The position numbers were made by a program, and so were the translations under genes. DNA of 17,818 nucleotides. It comes from an archaeon (GTDB taxonomy: Archaea > Iainarchaeota > Iainarchaeia > Iainarchaeales > CSSED10-239). This document shows, piece after piece, positions 7,830 through 14,261 of this stretch. The stretch is from the NCBI GenBank assembly GCA_035387745.1, contig DAOOON010000011.1, forward strand, positions 1 through 17,818, read 5' to 3'. The stretch's first letter is position 1, and each line of letters begins with the position of its first letter. The notes under the pieces were generated by a model. That model saw only the letters and a list, made by a program, of their open reading frames with translations, was not told where the DNA came from and ran no database searches.

Positions 7830-8912
7830 ATGAAAGTGATTACGGAAAAGAACTATAAAAAATTAATGATACTTCCATTTCTAATGGCAATTATTTGTTT
7901 AATACTAATCTTTGTCTCTCCAAAAGTCGAGAGAGGAATAGACTTAAAGGGCGGAAACCAGTTGATTCTTAGATACGATGGTGCGCCAGTTGATCAGTTA
8001 AAGCTAGAAAGTTCTCTTAAAGAGAAATACGGCTTTCAAGAGCTCTCAATAAGGGAGACAACAGGCCCAACAAGCACAGGGGTAATCATAGAATACTCTA
8101 ATAGCCCAGAGATTGAAACCGCAAAAGAAGAAAGATCAAAGCTTGATTATGATAATACTGCTTTAGTTGATTTAAAGACAACAAGTAAGTCTTTCTTAGC
8201 ACCATTACTAGCAAAAAACTATCTTTCTCAAAAAGACCTAGACGAGATTGATTCTTTTACAAGTAAAGAGGATTTAAAAGTATATATTAACGAGACAATA
8301 ATTCTTGCAAACAACAATTTTAATAATTCAATTGTTAATTTTGTAAAATCAGAATTAAACCTAGGAGACGAAGCAAGAATTCAGACTAGAGAGATTTCAG
8401 CAACTCTTGGTTCTGATTTTATTAGGTCTTCAATAAAGGTCGGCATCATTGCTTTTGTGTTATTATCTTTTGTTATATTTTTATTCTTTAGAGAGATTAT
8501 CCCTTCAGGTTTAATTATCTTTGCTGCAACCTTTGATATTCTAGCAGGTCTTGCAGGTATGGCAATCTTAGGTCTGCCTTTAAGTCTAACAACAATTCCA
8601 ACGCTATTAATGCTTGTTGGTTATTCTGTTGACACAGATATTCTTCTTAGCACAAAGCTATTAAAGAATAGAACAGATGATGTTTTTGCAGCAACTAACA
8701 AGTCAATGAAAACAGGTATGACCATGACTATAACAACATTAGTCACTGTTGCAGTTATGGCTCTTATTTCTTATTTCATGCAAATGACAGTAATTTTAGA
8801 GATTGCTTCAATATTATTATTTGGTTTAATAGGAGATATTATTTCAACATGGTTTTTCAATGCACCAGCATTAATCACTTATGTTCAAAGAAAAAATAAA
8901 AACAAAAATTAA
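7830..8912 (+). CDS. secF: Protein-export membrane protein SecF
   Basis: 360 aa. It has an N-terminal TM, a periplasmic-type domain beginning GIDLKGGNQL, and a C-terminal multi-TM block containing LMLVGYSVDTDILLSTKLLK, which matches the SecF-type xGYS(V/L)(N/D)xxIVxxDRI signature. The archaeal gene order is secF before secD. Confidence 0.8.
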   Translation: MKVITEKNYKKLMILPFLMAIICLILIFVSPKVERGIDLKGGNQLILRYDGAPVDQLKLESSLKEKYGFQELSIRETTGPTSTGVIIEYSNSPEIETAKEERSKLDYDNTALVDLKTTSKSFLAPLLAKNYLSQKDLDEIDSFTSKEDLKVYINETIILANNNFNNSIVNFVKSELNLGDEARIQTREISATLGSDFIRSSIKVGIIAFVLLSFVIFLFFREIIPSGLIIFAATFDILAGLAGMAILGLPLSLTTIPTLLMLVGYSVDTDILLSTKLLKNRTDDVFAATNKSMKTGMTMTITTLVTVAVMALISYFMQMTVILEIASILLFGLIGDIISTWFFNAPALITYVQRKNKNKN

Positions 8913-8929
8913 AAAAGGTGTTTTTCAAA

Positions 8930-10579
8930 ATGAAAAGTTTATTAAAAAAACCAATTGTTATTCTTTGGTTATTGATTTTAGCGCTTTCAGTAATTTTATT
9001 ATTAACAAAAGGGCTACAATACGGTGTTGATTTCTCAGGAGGCACTTCTTTTTCAATAGTTCTTGAAAATCAAGTTGCCCCTGAAGATATGCCTCGCGTT
9101 GTTTCTGTAATTAATAGTAGACTTGACTGGGCTGGCTTAAAGGATGCAAAGGTTACTTCTTCTGGTAATCAGTATATCACAGCACAGCTTGCAGAGTCTG
9201 ATCCTGACGAAATAGCAAGATTGAAAAACACTCTTTTAAAGCAAGGTAAGTTTGAATCAATAATTGATGGTGATGTCTTGTTTGTTGGCGAAGATATCAG
9301 AACAATCTATAAGGACCCTGCAAAAGGTTACGGCATTCAAACAATGGATAAGTCTGGTGCAAGCCAGTGGGTTTTACCATTCATGTTGTCTCCAGAGGCT
9401 TCAAGAAGATTTGCAGAGATGACTTTTCACAAGTGTTCTCCAGTAGGCTACGAGAATAATTCAGTAGTATATGATTGTGAGAAGACTTATTTTTTTATTG
9501 ACAGACCAACAGATGCTATATTTATAATTGATAATGAAACATATCTTGAAGAAAAGCAAGTGCCTGTTTCTCCAGAAGTAGTAACAAGTGAAATGGTTTC
9601 TTTTGATGAGATTATCTCTCAAATAAACACCGACTATTATCTTGTAAGCGATAATTTATCAGAAGAGCAAGTATCAAAGATTCAAGAGGATTTTAGCAAA
9701 TATCAAAAAGCAATTGTTTCTTCTAATGTCCCAGAAAGCATAAGAAAGCAATTAACAGATATTGGCTATAAAGTTGTAATAATTAATAAGCCAGAGAACG
9801 GATACTGGATCTGGGAAGCAACAGGCCTAAAGTCTATAATTTCTTTAACTGAAGGCGTAGCAAATATGTCTGCTCCTTCAACAACCTCGGCAAGCTTTGA
9901 AGTTTTTAATAATCTTACAATAACAGGCACTGCTAGTTCCAAAGAAGAAGCAAAATCAAGACTTGATGAACTATTAGTAATTCTAGAATCTGGTTCTCTT
10001 CCAATACCAATCGAAAGCATAAGCACAGAGTCTATCTCTCCATTCTTAGGTAAAGAGTTCTTGCAGAATTCGTTATGGATTGGTTTGTTTGCGTTACTTA
10101 CAGTTGCTTTAGTTTTGTTTATAAGATACAAAGTATTTAATTTAATCTTTCCAATATTAATTTCGGATTTTTCAGAGTTAATAATTTCTTTAGGATTTTT
10201 GTCTTTAATACAATTTAGAATTGATCTAGCAACAATTGCTGGAATTCTTGCAGCAATCGGTACTGGTGTTGATCACGAAATAATTATCACAGACGAATTA
10301 CTAAAAGGCACAAAAGAAGAGGAAGCATCCTCAAATAATCTAAGCCTAGCAGCAAAGGTAAGAAATGCTTTCTTTATAATCTTTGCAGCAGTTGCAACAG
10401 TGTTTGTTACAATGCTACCAATAATCTTCTTTAATGTAGGTTTAAGTAAGCTTGTTGGTTTTGCAATAACAGTAATGTTTGGTGCGGTTCTTGGTGCATT
10501 TATCACAAGACCAGCATTTGCTGAGATTGCTAAATTCGTTGTTGCAAAACACGAGTTAAAAAAAAGTAAGAAGGACTAA
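8930..10579 (+). CDS. secD: Protein-export membrane protein SecD
   Basis: About 549 aa from ATG 8930. It has an N-terminal TM, GVDFSGGTSF, a large extracytoplasmic domain, and a C-terminal TM bundle with LAAIGTGVDHEIIITDE, which matches the SecD-type IG(M/T)xVDxxxxIxE signature. The track start GTG 8918 is part of the SD-like AGGTG (8916-8920), 9 nt upstream of ATG 8930. Confidence 0.8.
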   Translation: MKSLLKKPIVILWLLILALSVILLLTKGLQYGVDFSGGTSFSIVLENQVAPEDMPRVVSVINSRLDWAGLKDAKVTSSGNQYITAQLAESDPDEIARLKNTLLKQGKFESIIDGDVLFVGEDIRTIYKDPAKGYGIQTMDKSGASQWVLPFMLSPEASRRFAEMTFHKCSPVGYENNSVVYDCEKTYFFIDRPTDAIFIIDNETYLEEKQVPVSPEVVTSEMVSFDEIISQINTDYYLVSDNLSEEQVSKIQEDFSKYQKAIVSSNVPESIRKQLTDIGYKVVIINKPENGYWIWEATGLKSIISLTEGVANMSAPSTTSASFEVFNNLTITGTASSKEEAKSRLDELLVILESGSLPIPIESISTESISPFLGKEFLQNSLWIGLFALLTVALVLFIRYKVFNLIFPILISDFSELIISLGFLSLIQFRIDLATIAGILAAIGTGVDHEIIITDELLKGTKEEEASSNNLSLAAKVRNAFFIIFAAVATVFVTMLPIIFFNVGLSKLVGFAITVMFGAVLGAFITRPAFAEIAKFVVAKHELKKSKKD

Positions 10580-10582
10580 AGT

Positions 10583-11032
10583 ATGCTTGAAGAATTAGTA
10601 ACAATTGCAAATCAGCCTTTCTTTGGGCCGCTTACTTCAGTAATTACGGGAATTGCTGTTCTGTCTTTGATTATTTTATTTTTGCTTTTCTTGTCTTTTA
10701 TAGCACTATATATTTATTTTTCTTTAGCATGGTACACCATAGCAAAGAAACTAAAATACAAGAATGCGTGGCTTTCATGGATTCCAGCAGCAAATATTTT
10801 CTTGCTTCCAATTCTAGCTAAGCAAAAGTGGGGTTGGGGTTTCTTTTTGTTTGTGCCAATAGTCAATATAGTTCTTGCAATTATTTGGTGCTGGGAAATC
10901 TACAAGAGAAGAGGCTATCCAGGGGCATTAAGCCTATTTAAGGCAGGCTATATCATTCCGCCAGTAATCCCTTTAGTCTTTATTTTAGAAATTGTTATTA
11001 CTGGTATTGTTGCTTTTGAAAAGAAATACTAA
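10583..11032 (+). CDS. Small polytopic membrane protein (about 4 TM) with a duplicated W-I-P-x-x-N / V-P-I-V-N-I-V motif; function unknown
   Basis: 149 aa, with ATG 3 nt after the secD stop and an AAGGA 7 nt upstream. The segment AKKLKYKNAWLSWIPAANIFLLPILAKQKWGWGFFLFVPIVNIVLAIIWCWEIYKRRGYPG resembles a widespread small membrane protein family. I recall this as Pfam DUF5684, which needs checking. Confidence 0.6.
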   Translation: MLEELVTIANQPFFGPLTSVITGIAVLSLIILFLLFLSFIALYIYFSLAWYTIAKKLKYKNAWLSWIPAANIFLLPILAKQKWGWGFFLFVPIVNIVLAIIWCWEIYKRRGYPGALSLFKAGYIIPPVIPLVFILEIVITGIVAFEKKY

Positions 11033-11033
11033 G

Positions 11034-11456
11034 TTATTTCTTTTCCATACTAATTTTTATAAGCCACAAAATCATAAAAAGCATTAAAAACCAAGATATA
11101 ACGTGTACACCGTTGTGCCAGCCAATCTTTTCTGATAGCATTACAAGCATTATTCTTAAAAGGTTTATTAAAAACAACAAGAGGATACCTACTAGTACCA
11201 CTTTATGATTGATCTTTTGTTTTATGGCTAAAAACCCCACAATCACCCCCAGGTATGCAGAAACAGAAACTATTCCTGAGCAATACACCACAAAGTCAAA
11301 AGCACCATAGTTAACAGAAGAGCCAAGAAGCAAATGTATAAGTTTTTCTTCAAGGCCCACAAGTAGGCTTCCAAACACAAATACTCCAAGCAATAATAGC
11401 AAAGCATAGGCGACTATAAAAACCAATATAAATTTTATTTTCTGTTTTTTGTTCAT
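11034..11456 (-). CDS. Exosortase/archaeosortase-family protein, unusually small
   Basis: About 140 aa from ATG 11456 (the track uses TTG 11462). The family's conserved core is present in order and spacing: FDFVVYCSGIVSVSAYLG (Cys), LLLFLINLLRIMLVML (N-x-x-R-I, Arg) and GWHNGVHVISWF (His). It has about 4-5 hydrophobic segments. Confidence 0.65.
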   Translation of the reverse strand: MNKKQKIKFILVFIVAYALLLLLGVFVFGSLLVGLEEKLIHLLLGSSVNYGAFDFVVYCSGIVSVSAYLGVIVGFLAIKQKINHKVVLVGILLLFLINLLRIMLVMLSEKIGWHNGVHVISWFLMLFMILWLIKISMEKK

Positions 11457-11520
11457 TAACAATAATGATTAGCATCTTCTTATTAAATATATCGCAATAA
11501 TATTATTTTAGTGAATTATT
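11457..11520. promoter_or_regulatory. Short divergent promoter region (archaeosortase-like gene leftwards, Cys-rich protein gene rightwards)
   Basis: A 64-nt AT-rich spacer. A single ttaaatatat element (11482-11491) lies about 30 nt from both ATGs (11456 and 11521), so it could serve as a TATA box in either direction. An SD-like AGTGA (11509-11513) precedes ATG 11521. Confidence 0.4.
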
Positions 11521-11892
11521 ATGAAGAAAAAGTCAAATGTTTTTTTGTTTGTAGTGGTTGGTATAATTTTATTAGCAATAATTAATCTTATAATCATTCA
11601 AAGTAATTCTAACAAAAATACAAAAGAAACAACCTATACTAATTTTCCAGAAGTCATAACTGACATCGATGATGATTCAGAAATATCGGTTTATTGTATA
11701 AAATCAAACAATTGTTGCGAAATAGCTAATGATTGTGAGTATATCTGGTTTACTGGTGGCTGTTATGTTCCAGAGTATGTAACAAGAGTACAAAAAGAAG
11801 CACAAGAAAAAGGCGTGCATATCGGCGAAGCCCCAGAAAGAGAAGGCGTAACTTGTTCTTGTGAAAGCAACAAATGTGTTACTCATGGCTAA
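11521..11892 (+). CDS. Small N-terminally anchored or secreted cysteine-rich protein (8 Cys), function unknown
   Basis: 123 aa. MKKKSNVFLFVVVGIILLAIINLIIIQ is a signal peptide or signal anchor. It is followed by a short acidic linker and a roughly 65-aa domain with 8 Cys (YC..NCC..DC..GGC....TCSC...KC). I recognise no family. Confidence 0.55.
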   Translation: MKKKSNVFLFVVVGIILLAIINLIIIQSNSNKNTKETTYTNFPEVITDIDDDSEISVYCIKSNNCCEIANDCEYIWFTGGCYVPEYVTRVQKEAQEKGVHIGEAPEREGVTCSCESNKCVTHG

Positions 11893-11894
11893 TT

Positions 11895-12551
11895 TCAGAT
11901 ATATATCAGAGCAATAATAGAAAGTGCTCCAACAATAAATGTTGTTAAAAAATTAGTTTGGCTATTGTCAAGATAACCCTTATTCTCTATAGCAGCTCCA
12001 ATAAAGCTGTCAATTAAGCTTCCAATTATTCCAAAGCTTGCAATTATTAATGATGTTTTTATATTCACTTTAAAAACAAAATAAAAGAACACAAAAGTTA
12101 TTGTTGAAACCATAAGTGCAGCAAACAATCCAAGAAATGTTATTCCTCCGTTTGTTCCTGGTTCTACTTTTCTTTTAAGGTTTGTTATAAGTCTAGGTTT
12201 AGATTTAGATAATCTTCCAATTTCTGAAGACATAGTGTCTGCAAATGCCCCGCAGATTGTTGAAGCCGCAGAATAAATTTGTCCAAAAACAACTAAAACC
12301 GTTCCGACAAGGCAATTTCCTAAAAGATTAATATAGCTTCTGTTCTCTCCCTTGTTTTTAAGTATTAGTGCCAGGCCTTCTGCTACACTAAAATACATTA
12401 AAAGATAAATAAACAATGCGGTTTTACCAAAATACAGAAAAAGACCAGTCATTCCAAATATTAAAGAAATAGTAAATATATCGTATTTCTTAGTAATCCA
12501 AAGAACAATTCCTAAAGCATAAAAAAAAAGAAAATAAAAGATTGGGTTCAT
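11895..12551 (-). CDS. DUF92 / TMEM19 / VTE6-like integral membrane protein (possible isoprenoid-phosphate kinase family)
   Basis: 218 aa and polytopic. DUF92-type blocks are present: GAFADTMSSEIGRLSKSKPRLITNLKRKVEPGTNGGITFLGLFAAL and GSLIDSFIGAAIE...NSQTNF. Confidence 0.65.
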   Translation of the reverse strand: MNPIFYFLFFYALGIVLWITKKYDIFTISLIFGMTGLFLYFGKTALFIYLLMYFSVAEGLALILKNKGENRSYINLLGNCLVGTVLVVFGQIYSAASTICGAFADTMSSEIGRLSKSKPRLITNLKRKVEPGTNGGITFLGLFAALMVSTITFVFFYFVFKVNIKTSLIIASFGIIGSLIDSFIGAAIENKGYLDNSQTNFLTTFIVGALSIIALIYI

Positions 12552-12572
12552 ATTTTAATTGAACTTTCTCCT

Positions 12573-13142
12573 TTATACTAAAGTTACTTTAATTATCATA
12601 ACTTTGTTTATATAACCTAATTTTAAGAGTTTAGCTTTACATCTCTCAGAAAGGTGTTGAAAGATAAGGTCATTCCAGTTTTCTTTTGTAGTCTTTGCTG
12701 ATACTTCTTCATTAAAGAAATCAACAATTGCCTTTCTTGCTTGTGTTCGAAGAGGTGTTGTAAACTTTGCACCAGTTATTGCCATAACCTTTATTTTAAG
12801 TTTACTTCCGTCTTTAGTTGTAACATAGAAAACTGGTTCAATCTTTGACTTTTGTCTTCTAATCATTCTTCTTAAAAAACCAGTTTTTGCTTCAAACTTT
12901 GAGATGACGGTGTCTGCCTTTGCACCAGTTACTTTGTTTACCTTAAAAGTTACTTCAAAGCTTGAGTCTCTGATGTTTCCAGTTAACTCATTTAGGCCTT
13001 TTTTGATATTTCTACCAATTAGGTTTTTTGGTAAGATTGTCACTGTTTCTCCAATTTTTTTCTCATCAAAAGTTGGGTCTGCAGAGACATCATACCATTT
13101 CTTCTTTTTCCAATTATCTACTGTGCTTTTTTTATCTGCCAT
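12573..13142 (-). CDS. rps3ae: 30S ribosomal protein S3Ae (eS1)
   Basis: 189 aa. It contains DNWKKKKWYDVSADPTFDEKKIGETV...LIGRNIKKGLNELTGN...FLRRMIRRQKSKIEPVFYVTTKDG, which is the characteristic eS1 pattern. An SD-like AGGTGA lies 5-6 nt upstream of ATG 13142. Confidence 0.9.
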   Translation of the reverse strand: MADKKSTVDNWKKKKWYDVSADPTFDEKKIGETVTILPKNLIGRNIKKGLNELTGNIRDSSFEVTFKVNKVTGAKADTVISKFEAKTGFLRRMIRRQKSKIEPVFYVTTKDGSKLKIKVMAITGAKFTTPLRTQARKAIVDFFNEEVSAKTTKENWNDLIFQHLSERCKAKLLKLGYINKVMIIKVTLV

Positions 13143-13150
13143 CTTTTCAC

Positions 13151-13549
13151 CTATTTAACAAGTAGCTTAGCAGAATCATCTGAATATCTCCAAGCCCCAT
13201 CTATTCTTTTCTTTTTAATATTATATTTTCTTAGTCTGTTTATCTTAGAAACAGTCTTTTGATACCCTCTTTTTGCGCTTGTGTCTTTTTTGTTATTTTC
13301 TTTGTGTTTGATTAGTTTAACACTTTTCTTAATAAGATAAAGTAATTCATCAGGAAGCTTATCTTTTTTAAGATCAAGTTCTGCTTGTACTTTCCCGATC
13401 TTCTTTCCTGTTGCTTGTAATACAGACTTAACTCCGTATTTCTGTTTTAAAATAAGTCCAATTTCAGCAGTAGTCTTACCTTTTTTTGTAAGGTCTTCTA
13501 TTTGCTCATAGATTTCTTTTTTAGTTAGTTCTTTTTTTTCTTCACTCAT
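13151..13549 (-). CDS. rps15: 30S ribosomal protein S15 (uS15, S13e type), lacking the usual basic N-terminal extension
   Basis: 132 aa. It contains KGKTTAEIGLILKQKYGVKSVLQATGKKIGKV...LPDELLYLIKKSVKLIKHKENNKKDTSAKRGYQKTVSKINRLRKYN...WRYSDDSAKLLVK. An SD-like GTGAT lies 5 nt upstream of ATG 13549, and an in-frame TAA immediately precedes the ATG. Confidence 0.88.
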   Translation of the reverse strand: MSEEKKELTKKEIYEQIEDLTKKGKTTAEIGLILKQKYGVKSVLQATGKKIGKVQAELDLKKDKLPDELLYLIKKSVKLIKHKENNKKDTSAKRGYQKTVSKINRLRKYNIKKKRIDGAWRYSDDSAKLLVK

Positions 13550-13678
13550 TTATATCACTTTGATTTTTCCATTAAGTTTGTGCCTGTGGCGATTAATTAG
13601 GCGCGTTTAAATAGAAATATAGCCGTTAAAATCAGGTCTATAATATATATATCTGCTGCGATTTATTTATATATATTA
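13550..13678 (-). promoter_or_regulatory. Promoter and leader region of the rps15-rps3ae operon
   Basis: This 129-nt spacer is the longest same-strand intergenic gap in the window. Minus-strand TATA-like elements are atatatataaataaa (about 13662-13676), atatatatatta (about 13642-13653) and ctatttaaa (about 13608-13616). Which one is used cannot be determined from sequence. Confidence 0.45.
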
Positions 13679-14251
13679 TTATTTAGCTTTCCTACAGTAT
13701 CTTGCTCTTTTCTCTATTTCTGCAATCTTATCGGTTGTTTGCTTGTTTAGGGTTTGCTTTTGATATCCTGCTAAGATCTTTTCCCAGAATTGTTCGGTCT
13801 TTTTGCTTGCCTTTAAGGTCTTTTTAAAGACAAGAAGGTCAGTTGCCTTGTCTTCTATCTTGTTTGAGAGATAACCAAGGCCAAAGTCAATAAAGTAAAT
13901 TTTCTTGTCCTTTGTGGTCAAGATATTAATAAGATTAAGGTCTCCATGGATTATGCCGTTGTCATGGAGTTTAGCTATTTCTTTTCCAATCTCTGTTAAG
14001 ACTTTTGAATGTTCATTAGTGTTGTTCAGTTTTTCCATGACAATTGTATCTTCTGTTAGGGAAAAGATTGTGGGGGTGTTGATGCCAGCAACTTTTGCTC
14101 TTTTCAATAATGTGGATTCTTGCTTGTTTCTAGTTTTAATTATTCTTTTGTCAAGCACTGGGTCACGATAGTCTTTAGAAACCCTTTTCTTTATGATTTT
14201 CTTACCATCAAGAAAAATAATTGCTTCTGCGCCCTTATTTATTTCTTTCAT
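13679..14251 (-). CDS. bud32: Bud32/PRPK atypical protein kinase (KEOPS complex subunit), stand-alone form
   Basis: 190 aa. It contains GAEAIIFLDGKKIIKKRVSKDYRDPVLDKRIIKTRNKQESTLLKRAKVAGINTPTIF...IVMEKL...IAKLHDNGIIHGDLNLINIL...IYFIDFGLGYLSNKIEDKATDL. This is the Bud32 pattern, including the HGDL catalytic loop and DFG. Confidence 0.85.
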   Translation of the reverse strand: MKEINKGAEAIIFLDGKKIIKKRVSKDYRDPVLDKRIIKTRNKQESTLLKRAKVAGINTPTIFSLTEDTIVMEKLNNTNEHSKVLTEIGKEIAKLHDNGIIHGDLNLINILTTKDKKIYFIDFGLGYLSNKIEDKATDLLVFKKTLKASKKTEQFWEKILAGYQKQTLNKQTTDKIAEIEKRARYCRKAK

Positions 14252-14261
14252 GTTTTTTCAA

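Noticed and set aside
9766-10506. Minus-strand ORFs 9766-10131 and 10273-10506
   Set aside because: They are antisense to secD, whose own frame carries conserved SecD motifs across the same bases.
10955-11032. The C-terminus of orf149 (IPPVIP, then the hydrophobic helix LVFILEIVITGIVAF, then EKKY) resembles a VPXXXP-CTERM-type archaeosortase sorting tail, and it sits 1 nt from the archaeosortase-like gene
   Set aside because: The protein is a small polytopic membrane protein without a signal peptide or exported domain. Its last helix looks like an integral part of the conserved 4-TM family fold, and the basic cluster is weak. Coincidence is more likely than a substrate, though it is worth re-examining if homologues conserve the motif.
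13550-13606. The in-frame codons just upstream of the rps15 ATG read TRLINRHRHKLNGKIKVI-stop, faintly reminiscent of the missing basic uS15 N-terminus (RMHxRKRGKSGS)
   Set aside because: The stretch is bounded by TAA on both sides (13607-13609 and 13550-13552) and contains no start codon. Only about 3 of 12 positions match, and the stretch contains the functional-looking SD. At most it is a decayed relic, and I cannot support even that from one sequence.
13550-13678. Possible tRNA, C/D-box sRNA or other ncRNA in the 129-nt spacer, prompted by local GC-richer patches (gtgcctgtggcg, aggcgcg)
   Set aside because: It is too short and too AT-rich for a tRNA, and I could not build an acceptor or anticodon stem. 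There is no RUGAUGA C box to pair with the single CUGA. The ggcgattaattaggcgc near-palindrome does not form matched arms. It is best explained as promoter and leader.
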